Origin: a virus | Strand: one strand, 5' to 3' | IMG/VR virus record: IMGVR_UViG_3300025892_002268 | Location: 32,115 to 96,114 of that record | Length of the DNA: 64,000 nucleotides | Part shown: one piece after another, positions 1-8,708 of the stretch | Layout of the letters: the number at the start of each line of letters is the position of its first letter | How positions within the stretch are numbered: position 1 is the first letter of the stretch | Notes under the pieces: model-generated | Databases searched by the model: none | The model's input: the letters and a program-made list of their open reading frames with translations, nothing else | What the model was told of the DNA's origin: nothing | Made by a program: the position numbers and the translations under genes

Positions 1-673
1 AGATGGTAAGATGAAGTGGGATGGGATTGAGATGCCAGAGATGTTTGGTGGCACAATCCTTGATATGATCCAGCAGGGTTATCCTTTTGAGCCTATGCTT
101 AACTTCCTTGATAACATGTCGCAGAATCCATCTGACCATGCTATTACAGAACTATTTGAGTTTATGGAAAACAAGAATATGCCTATCACACCTGATGGAC
201 ATTTCTTAGCATACAAGGCAGTAGATCCAAACTACAGAGATTTATATTCTCACACGTTTGATAACAGCGTTGGGAGTACATGTGAGGTTCCACGTACTAA
301 AGTAAATGGAAACAGAGAGCATCACTGTGCTGCCGGACTACACGTTGGAGCGTTTGATTATGCCAAGTCGTATGGCGGGATTGACTTGGATGACAACGAA
401 GGCGACGACGGCAACAAGCTTATGATTTGCAAGGTAAATCCACGCGATGTTGTAAGCGTACCAAACGACTGCCGTTGTCAGAAACTACGCTGTTGTAAGT
501 ACGAGGTGGTCAGTGAGTTTGAAGACTTACTAAAGAGTGTTGTTCATATGACAAAGGACGACATTGATTACTCTAATCTTAAGAAGCGTAACGAGGAATG
601 GATTTTTGAGGTCACTGCTAAGTTAGAGCGTATCAATAACGTTCTCAAGAAGCGTGAAGCTGTTCTTAGCTAG
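1..673 (+). CDS. rIIB: rIIB-like protein, C-terminal part (frame is open to the window start)
   Basis: Motifs ITPDGHFLAYKAV, FDNSVG, CAAGLHVG, KVNPRDVVSVP and KLRCCKYEV are typical of the T4 rIIB C-terminal domain. Confidence 0.85.
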   Translation, partial: DGKMKWDGIEMPEMFGGTILDMIQQGYPFEPMLNFLDNMSQNPSDHAITELFEFMENKNMPITPDGHFLAYKAVDPNYRDLYSHTFDNSVGSTCEVPRTKVNGNREHHCAAGLHVGAFDYAKSYGGIDLDDNEGDDGNKLMICKVNPRDVVSVPNDCRCQKLRCCKYEVVSEFEDLLKSVVHMTKDDIDYSNLKKRNEEWIFEVTAKLERINNVLKKREAVLS

Positions 674-685
674 TGGCTATAAGGA

Positions 686-735
686 GGGGTGGGGCAAGTA
701 GTGTGTGACTTGCCTCATCCCGGTCTTTGTTTTTT
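686..735 (+). terminator. Rho-independent terminator after rIIB
   Basis: 14-bp stem GGGGTGGGGCAAGT/ACTTGCCTCATCCC (2 G-U pairs) followed by a T-rich tract. Confidence 0.7.
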
Positions 736-765
736 ACCTTAAGGCGGTAGAAACTATGAACACAA

Positions 766-1044
766 ATGTACAGGAATATTGATGTGGACGAACGATTGTT
801 AAACATGGCAGCAAGATACTGGGACAAGAATGATCCCCTAACAGAAGAACAAGTACACTGGGTTTTAAGAGATGAAGGATACTCAAAGGACGAAATTGAC
901 AATGCGATCAGTGATTATTTCGCTATTCATATACGCTCTAACATTCTCCTTCATTATTGGATTGCACCAATTGTTCTAACAATAGTAATGATTGGCTTAG
1001 TTGTATATGTACAAAATTTAATATGGATTAATACTGGACCATGA
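766..1044 (+). CDS. hypothetical membrane protein
   Basis: 92 aa ORF with a C-terminal hydrophobic segment; coupled to the next gene. Confidence 0.6.
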   Translation: MYRNIDVDERLLNMAARYWDKNDPLTEEQVHWVLRDEGYSKDEIDNAISDYFAIHIRSNILLHYWIAPIVLTIVMIGLVVYVQNLIWINTGP

Positions 1045-1259
1045 AAAAATATATTAATTTAGATGATCAATACGTATATCTTGTTGGTCTTGAAAATGTT
1101 GACGGACAAACAACCATGACTCTTGTAGACAAAACATCACACAGTGAAAGCTATGATTGCAAAGAAGACAGATTTGCCAATACAAGTATTCATATTGACA
1201 AATATAGACTTTTAAAATTAGCAGATTTTATATACGAACATTGCAATGAAACAAACTAA
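1041..1259 (+). CDS. hypothetical protein
   Basis: 72 aa ORF with ATGA overlap coupling. Confidence 0.55.
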   Translation: MKKYINLDDQYVYLVGLENVDGQTTMTLVDKTSHSESYDCKEDRFANTSIHIDKYRLLKLADFIYEHCNETN

Positions 1260-1482
1260 AATTATTGCACTTGCAACACTTTGTTTTATTGGTATACTAA
1301 TATTATTGTTATTACCAAGAAAAGAACTTACAGAGCAAGATAAAGTTAAACAATGGAGACCAAGAGATTTCTATTACATATATCAAATGTGGACAGATAG
1401 AGATCTTATTGAATTAAAGGAAAAGATCGAACACGATGAAATGGTCAGAAATCAAGAAGTGGGCCAAGGCAAAAGGTTATAA
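1246..1482 (+). CDS. hypothetical membrane protein
   Basis: 78 aa with an N-terminal hydrophobic helix. Confidence 0.55.
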   Translation: MKQTKIIALATLCFIGILILLLLPRKELTEQDKVKQWRPRDFYYIYQMWTDRDLIELKEKIEHDEMVRNQEVGQGKRL

Positions 1483-1684
1483 TGTCTCAAGAGAGAAGGC
1501 AGAGAATACCGATGAATATACATATGAGTACACTTGGGTTAAAGACGATGAATCATCTGGAGGTTTAGCTACAAGTGTTAAAGGTTTAGCAACTGATATA
1601 TTTAATGATATAACAAATAATAAACATTTAGCACATCAATTACAATACAAGCAAGAATTTAAATGGTTTAAGAATGAAAATTAA
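1436..1684 (+). CDS. hypothetical protein
   Basis: 82 aa ORF overlapping its neighbours in an operon-like run. Confidence 0.55.
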   Translation: MKWSEIKKWAKAKGYNVSREKAENTDEYTYEYTWVKDDESSGGLATSVKGLATDIFNDITNNKHLAHQLQYKQEFKWFKNEN

Positions 1685-2753
1685 TTACGAACCCAAGCTA
1701 GACTTTGATGATGTATTATTAGTCCCACATAGAAGCAGAACTGCTTCACGCTCTGATATTAAACTGGTACGTAACTTCTCATTCTACCATTCTGATAACG
1801 TCTGGGAAGGTGTACCAATCTTTGCTGCAAACATGGACACAACTGGAAGCCTAGCCATGTCTAAGACATTAGCTGAATATGCTATGCCAACGTGTCTGCA
1901 TAAGCACTACGAGGTAGACGATCTAGTGCGTGAATTATATTACCCTGAAACTCAATGGTATAGTATAGGTATTAAAGACGCAGATATTTTTAAACTAAAT
2001 GAGTTTAAAGAGAAGTCAGGTATGAATCCTAATATATGCATAGATGTAGCCAATGGTTATACAGACGACTTTGTTGCCTTCTGCAATAAGGTAAGAAGTC
2101 AGGTAAGTAAACATACTATTATAATGGCTGGAAATGTTTGTACACCAGAGATGGTTCAGGAATTGATCTTGCATGGTGGAGTAGATATTGTTAAGATAGG
2201 TATTGGACCCGGATCTGCTTGCACAACAAGATTAAAAACTGGTGTTGGATTCCCTCAGTTGTCAGCTATAATAGAGTGTAGCCATGCAGCACATGGATTA
2301 CGAAATGGAGATGGAAGATTAGGATTAGTATGTGCTGATGGTGGTTGTAGAACTCCTGCCGATGTGTGCAAGGCGTTTGCTGCTGGTGCAGACTTTGTAA
2401 TGCTTGGTGGCATGTTGGCTGGAACGTATGAATGCGAGGGCGATTGGCAATACGAGTGGGTGTCAGATGGTAAACATGACTATCATCATAAGATGGTTAG
2501 AACGTCCCTAAAGTTTTACGGCATGTCTTCAAGCGAAGCGCAGTCAAAGTATGGTGGAGTGAAAGATTATAGAGCTAGTGAAGGTCGTGTAAAAGAAGTG
2601 CCATACAAAGGACCAGCAAAGGATATTGTATTAGATGTATTGGGTGGACTTAGAAGTGCCTGTGCATATATTGGAGCAACTAAACTAAAAGATATGAACA
2701 AGTGTGCAGAATTTAATTTAGTAAATAGAACTCATTTTGACCAGAGTATGTAA
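1674..2753 (+). CDS. guaC: GMP reductase (IMPDH/GMPR family)
   Basis: KLDFDDVLLVP, PIFAANMDTTG, CIDVANGY, KIGIGPGSACTTRLKTGVGFPQLSA (catalytic Cys loop), FYGMSS, YRASEG; no CBS domains. Confidence 0.9.
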   Translation: MKINYEPKLDFDDVLLVPHRSRTASRSDIKLVRNFSFYHSDNVWEGVPIFAANMDTTGSLAMSKTLAEYAMPTCLHKHYEVDDLVRELYYPETQWYSIGIKDADIFKLNEFKEKSGMNPNICIDVANGYTDDFVAFCNKVRSQVSKHTIIMAGNVCTPEMVQELILHGGVDIVKIGIGPGSACTTRLKTGVGFPQLSAIIECSHAAHGLRNGDGRLGLVCADGGCRTPADVCKAFAAGADFVMLGGMLAGTYECEGDWQYEWVSDGKHDYHHKMVRTSLKFYGMSSSEAQSKYGGVKDYRASEGRVKEVPYKGPAKDIVLDVLGGLRSACAYIGATKLKDMNKCAEFNLVNRTHFDQSM

Positions 2754-2911
2754 TGACATTACCAGCAATAATTATTTCTACACTATGTTACATCTGGACA
2801 TCTACCTGTTGTATTATAGGTCGTGACTATCCACACGCTTTAATGTGGTTCGCATACGCTTTAGCAAACTTAGGATTACTTTGGTATGAATTCAATAAAA
2901 TGGGACAATAG
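2753..2911 (+). CDS. small hydrophobic protein (52 aa, not in ORF track)
   Basis: TAATG coupling to the guaC stop; MTLPAIIISTLCYIWTSTCCIIGRDYPHALMWFAYALANLGLLWYEFNKMGQ has two hydrophobic segments. Confidence 0.55.
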   Translation: MTLPAIIISTLCYIWTSTCCIIGRDYPHALMWFAYALANLGLLWYEFNKMGQ

Positions 2912-3332
2912 ATTTCTTGAGTTAGCCAAACTAGTCGGATCGTGGTCGAAAGATCCGTCAACTCAAGTGGGTGCTGTAATAGTAGATAGTAATAATAGAA
3001 TTGTGTCTATTGGTTTCAATGGTTTGCCTCAAGGGGTTGTGGATTCTGAAGAAAGGTTAGTTGACAGAGAGGCTAAATACCATATAATTGTACATGCAGA
3101 AGCAAACGCTCTTATGTTTGCCAATAAGTCAGTAGAAGGCTGTACATTATACACTTGGCCTTTTCAGCCATGTTCAAGATGTGCTGGTCTGATTATACAA
3201 TCTGGTATCAACAGGGTGGTTTCAGTAGTACACTCTGAAGAGAGGTGGAAAAAAAATTTCTCAATCGCATACGATCTGCTTAATGAAGCAGGGGTAAAAG
3301 TTAGCTTAACAAATGGAATAGAGTGGACATGA
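2886..3332 (+). CDS. dCMP deaminase
   Basis: SKDPSTQVGAVIV, GFNG, HAEANA and PCSRC zinc-deaminase motifs. Confidence 0.92.
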   Translation: MNSIKWDNRFLELAKLVGSWSKDPSTQVGAVIVDSNNRIVSIGFNGLPQGVVDSEERLVDREAKYHIIVHAEANALMFANKSVEGCTLYTWPFQPCSRCAGLIIQSGINRVVSVVHSEERWKKNFSIAYDLLNEAGVKVSLTNGIEWT

Positions 3333-3547
3333 GTTACGACAAAGATTATATAGACGAGCAGAGGAAAAAATCTATAGAAACTTTAGTTGCTGATTGTTAT
3401 ATGGCACACCAAGAAGCTATAATAGTTCAGCTGATATATCGACTTGAAAAAGAATACCGAGAACTTGCCGCTCTCGCTAGCTTAGGAGAATATCAGGAAA
3501 CTTGGACGCATAAAAAATTGTTAGATTATGTTACTTATGAAACTTAA
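3329..3547 (+). CDS. hypothetical protein
   Basis: ORF coupled by ATGA overlap. Confidence 0.55.
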   Translation: MSYDKDYIDEQRKKSIETLVADCYMAHQEAIIVQLIYRLEKEYRELAALASLGEYQETWTHKKLLDYVTYET

Positions 3548-3558
3548 AAGGAGAAGAT

Positions 3559-3735
3559 ATGCCAACAGTAAAAGAAATGGCTGAATCGCATCTTGGGAAT
3601 GTACAGAAAGCGATAGCTGATTTAGAAACGCAAAAAAACCAAATTGATGATGAGATTAAAAAATTACAATCTTATCTGGCAGAAGGTATCAGTACTTTAG
3701 GTGGTGATGAGAATGTTTCCAAGGAAAATAATTAA
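3559..3735 (+). CDS. small coiled-coil protein (58 aa, not in ORF track)
   Basis: Strong SD AAGGAG; MPTVKEMAESHLGNVQKAIADLETQKNQIDDEIKKLQSYLAEG shows a heptad pattern. Confidence 0.65.
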   Translation: MPTVKEMAESHLGNVQKAIADLETQKNQIDDEIKKLQSYLAEGISTLGGDENVSKENN

Positions 3736-3750
3736 AAGGAGAAGTGTAAA

Positions 3751-4068
3751 ATGAATAATGTTGATTTTTTTACAAGATTGTACAACGTAGCAGATGCATA
3801 TCATTGGGATATTAATGACAAGAAGGTCACTGCTACATTTCAAAGTGGACCACATCGTGGAGAAACCTTGAATCCAATCACAGCATTGGCTCACAAGTCT
3901 GGACTTGGTGTTTTTAATAACACAAGAGAAGGAACACAAAATGCAGCAAGTGCTTTGGGAATTTCTAGAACTTTTGCTAGAAATGTTTACAGTGCTACCA
4001 TCGGTAGTAATAATCGTGGGAATACGCAAGTGCTTCGTGGAAAAATTCGTTCAGCTTTGGAGGTATAG
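3751..4068 (+). CDS. hypothetical protein
   Basis: 105 aa with SD AAGGAG. Confidence 0.65.
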   Translation: MNNVDFFTRLYNVADAYHWDINDKKVTATFQSGPHRGETLNPITALAHKSGLGVFNNTREGTQNAASALGISRTFARNVYSATIGSNNRGNTQVLRGKIRSALEV

Positions 4069-4413
4069 ATGAATATTAATACTTGGTTGGGGTGTGGTAG
4101 GTTAACTAAAGATGCAGATTTTAACGTTACCCAAAAGGGTACGTCTATGGCTAAATTTCGCATGGCTGTAAACGATAGGCGTAATGACGACACTTTGTAT
4201 CTGAATGTTTTGTGTTTTGGCAAGATGGCTGAAGCGCTCAAAGAACATTTGACTAGAGGTAGACTAGTGGGAGTTCAAGGTAAAATCAAGATTGACGACT
4301 ACCAAGACAAGGAAGGTAATCCAAGAAATTCTGTTTGTGTTATGGCAGATGAAATTTCTTTGGGGCCATCTCCCAATAGTAATAGTGAAACGACAACAAA
4401 AGAAAATAATTAA
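4069..4413 (+). CDS. ssb: single-stranded DNA-binding protein (short, OB fold)
   Basis: GRLTKDA, FRMAVN, VLCFGKMAE, GRLVGVQGKI, YQDKEG. Confidence 0.9.
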   Translation: MNINTWLGCGRLTKDADFNVTQKGTSMAKFRMAVNDRRNDDTLYLNVLCFGKMAEALKEHLTRGRLVGVQGKIKIDDYQDKEGNPRNSVCVMADEISLGPSPNSNSETTTKENN

Positions 4414-4520
4414 CATTTAGTCTCAATTATTAATATTTATTAATATTTAGCGAGTATTGTTGATAACTTTTAGCCGCAATGATTACTTAATAGTTACCTT
4501 TAGTGCGCATAGTTGTCAAG

Positions 4521-4554
4521 AACCCTCAACAGAACTCCTGTTGGGGGTTTTTTT
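4521..4554 (+). terminator. Rho-independent terminator
   Basis: AACCCTCAACAG/CTGTTGGGGGTT stem followed by a T run. Confidence 0.75.
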
Positions 4555-4568
4555 CTAAAGAAGTTACC

Positions 4569-4596
4569 TTGACATTGACGATAACTGTGTTATAAT
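4569..4596 (+). promoter_or_regulatory. sigma70-type promoter
   Basis: Perfect TTGACA-N16-TATAAT with extended -10 TG, followed by SD AAGGAG and ATG at 4616. Confidence 0.8.
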
Positions 4597-4615
4597 GGTG
4601 TAAAGGAGAAAAGTT

Positions 4616-4954
4616 ATGGGACATGAAGACACAGTACTTAGCCAATTAATTGCGTTTGCAATGCTTGTGTTAGCCGTTTATCATTTTTGCAAAGGTTATA
4701 GCAAGGGTTCAAAAATTGACTTGGATAATATAGAAATTTTTAGAGTACAACCTATACAACAACCTCAAGAGTTTAAAGCAACAGTTAAAGCAAAAGTTAA
4801 ACCAGCATACAGTGACTTTCAACTGGAATGTCTTGCTGCTTTAGAGGCTATTGGTTATAAAACTAAAAAGGAAAGAGTTTTCATATTACACTCTGTGTTC
4901 AATGAACACAATCCTTCAACAGTACAAGACTTTATAGCAAAGGTATACAAATGA
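4616..4954 (+). CDS. membrane-anchored protein with RuvA C-terminal-like helical domain
   Basis: N-terminal TM; C-terminal ECLAALEAIGYK...TVQDFIAKV resembles RuvA domain III. Confidence 0.55.
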   Translation: MGHEDTVLSQLIAFAMLVLAVYHFCKGYSKGSKIDLDNIEIFRVQPIQQPQEFKATVKAKVKPAYSDFQLECLAALEAIGYKTKKERVFILHSVFNEHNPSTVQDFIAKVYK

Positions 4955-5490
4955 ACAACGTAAAAGGTATGAGGACGTATTTAGCTGGGGCTATGGACAG
5001 AGTTATTGACGGTGGAGTTGGCTGGAGAAATGCGATTACTCCAATGCTAAAAGAGTTAAAAATTGATGTTATAGACCCATGCGATAAGCCTATTGAGTCA
5101 GCAAAGGAAGGTCCAGACACTAGAACTATTATAAATTATTACAAAGAAACTGGACAGTTTAATAAGATTAGAGAAGAGTATGGTCATATAAGAAACGCTG
5201 ATCTACGCTGTGTAGATGTTTCTGATTTTATTATTGCTCACATTGATATCAACGTTCACATGTGCGGATCATACGAAGAAATATCTACAGCAAACAGGCA
5301 AAAGAAGCCGATACTAGTATGGTGCGAACAAGGTAAAATGCTAGCACCTAATTGGTTGTTTTTTATGCTGCCTCATGAGCATATATTTAGTTCTATGGAT
5401 CAATTATTAGCTTATTTATATGATGTGTCTAGGTGTGAAGATACGGCTAAACTAAAACGATGGTTCTTCTTTGACAAGAAAGTTGTATAA
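4951..5490 (+). CDS. nucleoside 2-deoxyribosyltransferase / dNMP N-glycosidase family protein
   Basis: TYLAGAM, DLRCVDVSDFII, GSYEEI..A (catalytic Glu position), KPIL. Confidence 0.75.
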   Translation: MNNVKGMRTYLAGAMDRVIDGGVGWRNAITPMLKELKIDVIDPCDKPIESAKEGPDTRTIINYYKETGQFNKIREEYGHIRNADLRCVDVSDFIIAHIDINVHMCGSYEEISTANRQKKPILVWCEQGKMLAPNWLFFMLPHEHIFSSMDQLLAYLYDVSRCEDTAKLKRWFFFDKKVV

Positions 5491-6296
5491 TGAATAAATT
5501 AAAACTGCCTGATGTAACACTAATAAGTATTTGTGGAACTCCAAAATATACTCCTATTAGCAAAGTTTCCTTGCATCATTGCCAAAAGTATGTAGAGTTT
5601 GGTGATGTTTTGTTATTTTCTAGTGAGGATGACGACGAATTTAAAACTGTCAAGACACCACTTATGGATTTCTGTATGTATAATAAATTCTGTGTAGAAG
5701 AATTAAAAAATTATATCAAAACAGACTACTGCCTAATTGTTCAAGAAGATAGTTCTATCACTGATCCAAGTTTTTGGACTGATGACTTCCTAAACTTTGA
5801 TTACATCGGATCGCCTTGGCCCATGTATAATTTTAGAGTTGGCAATGGAGGATTTAGCTTGAGAAGTAAGAAATTTCTTGAAGAATCATCTAAGATAAAG
5901 TATACTGGGGATGCTCATATTAAAGCTGGTTTTGATCAAAAACAGTTTTCGCAAGGACTGTCTACACCAGAAGACTTTTTCCTTTGTTACATAAAACAAG
6001 ATGAGTTAGAGAGAAATGGTGTTAAATTTGCAGATCCTGTAACAGCATATCAGTTTGCTGTTGAGTATCAGGGGACAGGAGTGTTAGAGGGAGAAGAAGA
6101 GAAAGGTGAGTGGATAGTTAAGACTTTTAACCCAATGGAAGTAGAGACTTATAAGTCATTCGGCTTTCATGGACGGTTTAATGTTGGAGGCATGAAAGAG
6201 TTGCTAAAAACTAAAAAAGAGATCTACGGAATAGATGAGTTAACTAGTGTCCCATCCTTGTCGAAAGTAACAATGTCTATGAATAAGAAAGTATGA
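5490..6296 (+). CDS. DUF5672-like (GT-A-like) protein
   Basis: DYCLIVQED, FDYIGSPW, VGNGGFSLRSKK, EDFF and FGFH motifs. Confidence 0.75.
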   Translation: MNKLKLPDVTLISICGTPKYTPISKVSLHHCQKYVEFGDVLLFSSEDDDEFKTVKTPLMDFCMYNKFCVEELKNYIKTDYCLIVQEDSSITDPSFWTDDFLNFDYIGSPWPMYNFRVGNGGFSLRSKKFLEESSKIKYTGDAHIKAGFDQKQFSQGLSTPEDFFLCYIKQDELERNGVKFADPVTAYQFAVEYQGTGVLEGEEEKGEWIVKTFNPMEVETYKSFGFHGRFNVGGMKELLKTKKEIYGIDELTSVPSLSKVTMSMNKKV

Positions 6297-7387
6297 AAAT
6301 AATGGATTTAAATTTAATGTTCCCAATTAATCAGCTGGGATATGGCATAGCAGGAACAAACATATGTAAAGAGCTGACAAAAATATGTCATGCTAGCCTT
6401 TCACCAATCGGTCCAATAGAGGTAGTATTACAGTCGGATGTAGAACCTTTAAAGAAAGCGTTGAGTAATTACCAAATGTTAAACTTTGATGCTCCGTGCG
6501 TCAAGATGTGGCATCAGAATGATATGGGATCTTTTGTGGGCAGAGGAAAGAGGATAGGTTTTCCATTCTTTGAAATGGATATTTTTAACGAGATAGAAAA
6601 ACATCATCTTAACTCATTAGATGCTATATTTGTCTGTTCCGAATGGGCTAAGAACATATGTCTTAAAAATTTAAAACTTAATGAAAATCAAATACATGTG
6701 ATACCTCTTGGTGTAGACAGAAACTTATTCCCAACGGCTGAAAATAACACTAATAAGAATACAATATTCTTTAATTGTGGTAAGTGGGAGGTTAGGAAAG
6801 GACATGATGTACTTGTTGAGGTTTTTAATAAATCATTTAATGAAAATGACGACGTAGAATTGTGGCTTATGTGTAGCAATCCATTTCTTTCGCCAGAAGA
6901 ATCAAATCATTGGGAATCTTTTTATAAACAATCCAATTTAGGTCATAAAATAAGAATACTTCCAAGAGCAAAGACTCAAGAAGAAGTGTATAATATTATG
7001 TCTCAAGTAGATTGCGGAGTCTTCCCCTCCAGAGCGGAGGGTTGGAACTTGGAACTTTTAGAATTAATGTCTTGCGGTAAAAATGTTATAGCAACAAATT
7101 ATTCAGCCCACACAGAATTCTGCAACAGTGAAAACTGTTTCTTAATTGAGACTACAGAACAAGAAACAGCTTATGATGGAAAATGGTTTACTGGACAAGG
7201 AAACTGGGCAAAACTGTCGGAGACGGTAATTCAAGACTTGATAAACAATATGCAAAATGTTCATCAGTTAAAGCAGAATCAAGAGTTAAAGCCAAACCAG
7301 CAAGGCATCACAACAGCTGAAAAATTCTCTTGGGAGGAATCAGCTAGAAAGATACTCCACCATGTTCAACATATTCAAAAGAAATAA
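6293..7387 (+). CDS. GT4 (GT-B) glycosyltransferase
   Basis: GYG N-terminus, GKWEVRKGHD, VFPSRAEGWNLELLELMSCG, FSWEESA. Confidence 0.9.
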   Translation: MKIMDLNLMFPINQLGYGIAGTNICKELTKICHASLSPIGPIEVVLQSDVEPLKKALSNYQMLNFDAPCVKMWHQNDMGSFVGRGKRIGFPFFEMDIFNEIEKHHLNSLDAIFVCSEWAKNICLKNLKLNENQIHVIPLGVDRNLFPTAENNTNKNTIFFNCGKWEVRKGHDVLVEVFNKSFNENDDVELWLMCSNPFLSPEESNHWESFYKQSNLGHKIRILPRAKTQEEVYNIMSQVDCGVFPSRAEGWNLELLELMSCGKNVIATNYSAHTEFCNSENCFLIETTEQETAYDGKWFTGQGNWAKLSETVIQDLINNMQNVHQLKQNQELKPNQQGITTAEKFSWEESARKILHHVQHIQKK

Positions 7388-7733
7388 AGAAGAAACAGAA
7401 GTAGAACAAGAAAAAGAATTAGCAAGTGTTAAATTTTATATTACTAACGTTCAAGATCCACCACGGGTTTCAATAAATATAGATAGCTATGACAATGAGT
7501 GTATTAACTCTTTATGTTGTATAGTTTCTTTGTTGTCTGAAGAATACCTTACTGTAGAAACTATAAATATAATTAAACAATATATGATAGAAAATGATAA
7601 ATCTGATATTTTTTCATCAATTGCTTTAAAGCTGGGAGAAATGGAAGCGTTTAAAAAAGAGTTTAAATCCACACCTGAATCGTCACACATAACAGAACCT
7701 TGTATTAAACCATCTGACTTATCTAATTACTAA
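7362..7733 (+). CDS. hypothetical protein
   Basis: 123 aa ORF in operon. Confidence 0.6.
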   Translation: MFNIFKRNKEETEVEQEKELASVKFYITNVQDPPRVSINIDSYDNECINSLCCIVSLLSEEYLTVETINIIKQYMIENDKSDIFSSIALKLGEMEAFKKEFKSTPESSHITEPCIKPSDLSNY

Positions 7734-7734
7734 T

Positions 7735-8160
7735 ATGAAAAACAAAATAGGTTGGCAAAAATACGAAGCGCTATTAGAAGAGCAGATGTCTTCTACATTC
7801 ATAACAGACTTATTGAAAAATTCAGTTGACGCTATGACAGAAGAAGACAATACTGAAGAAACGGCGTATCAAGACCAAGAAGAACAAATTGATGATAGTG
7901 ATTCTATCATGATACCTATGAGTTCCAAACTTATAGAAGATGCTATGATGATTACCAATTTTGACTGTTGGTTGGGTCATACTAATTTTGATATTACTCC
8001 TCATGTTAAAAGAATACTAGACAGTACACAAGGCGTTGAGCTATTACGTGTAATGAGTAGGTATCGTTTTTTCATAGGAGTTGGAAAGATGTTTGAATTT
8101 ACAGAAGTGCGTAAGAATATTGAAGAACAATTAACTCAGGAGACTACGGATGAAAATTGA
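7735..8160 (+). CDS. hypothetical protein
   Basis: 141 aa ORF in operon. Confidence 0.65.
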   Translation: MKNKIGWQKYEALLEEQMSSTFITDLLKNSVDAMTEEDNTEETAYQDQEEQIDDSDSIMIPMSSKLIEDAMMITNFDCWLGHTNFDITPHVKRILDSTQGVELLRVMSRYRFFIGVGKMFEFTEVRKNIEEQLTQETTDEN

Positions 8161-8635
8161 AAATTGCATAAATGTAAGAATTGAATCAGCTATGAAGAAT
8201 ACGGACATAACCAAGATAATGCACAAAGCATCATCTAAATTTATTAGAAGTTTAGATCCAGACATTATTTATACATGTGAAATAAATGCTTTATGGAAAT
8301 CTTTATTAAATTTTAAGCCTGAAAAAAACACTAAGTTTACAACGTATTTATACAAAGGTGTAATTATAGAGTGCCTAAAAGCTCTTAAGTTTGAAAAAAA
8401 GAGTAATTTATGTAGCAAATCTTTGCATGAAAACATAGCTTTGGCAGATACTGAAGATAGCTTTATGTTTGAAATTTTAGATGAATTAGAAACAGAGGAA
8501 GAACAAGAATTGATTATAGATAAGTATAAAAACCTTACTATACAAGAAATGTCTTCCAAAAGAGCTTATAGTCGTGAAACGGTTAGAAAAAAGCTAAAAA
8601 AAATATATAGCAAGTTGAGCGAAAATCTTGATTAG
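8150..8635 (+). CDS. phage-encoded sigma70-family sigma factor (regions 2 and 4 only)
   Basis: ALWKSLLNFKPEKNTKFTTYLY (region 2.2-2.3) and LTIQEMSSKRAYSRETVRK (region 4 HTH); SD AGGAG. Confidence 0.75.
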   Translation: MKIENCINVRIESAMKNTDITKIMHKASSKFIRSLDPDIIYTCEINALWKSLLNFKPEKNTKFTTYLYKGVIIECLKALKFEKKSNLCSKSLHENIALADTEDSFMFEILDELETEEEQELIIDKYKNLTIQEMSSKRAYSRETVRKKLKKIYSKLSENLD

Positions 8636-8708
8636 TGTATAGATATGTAGGAATAGGACACTAATTTAGGAATTTGACGTAATATCATTTTTTAATATTG
8701 GAGATATT

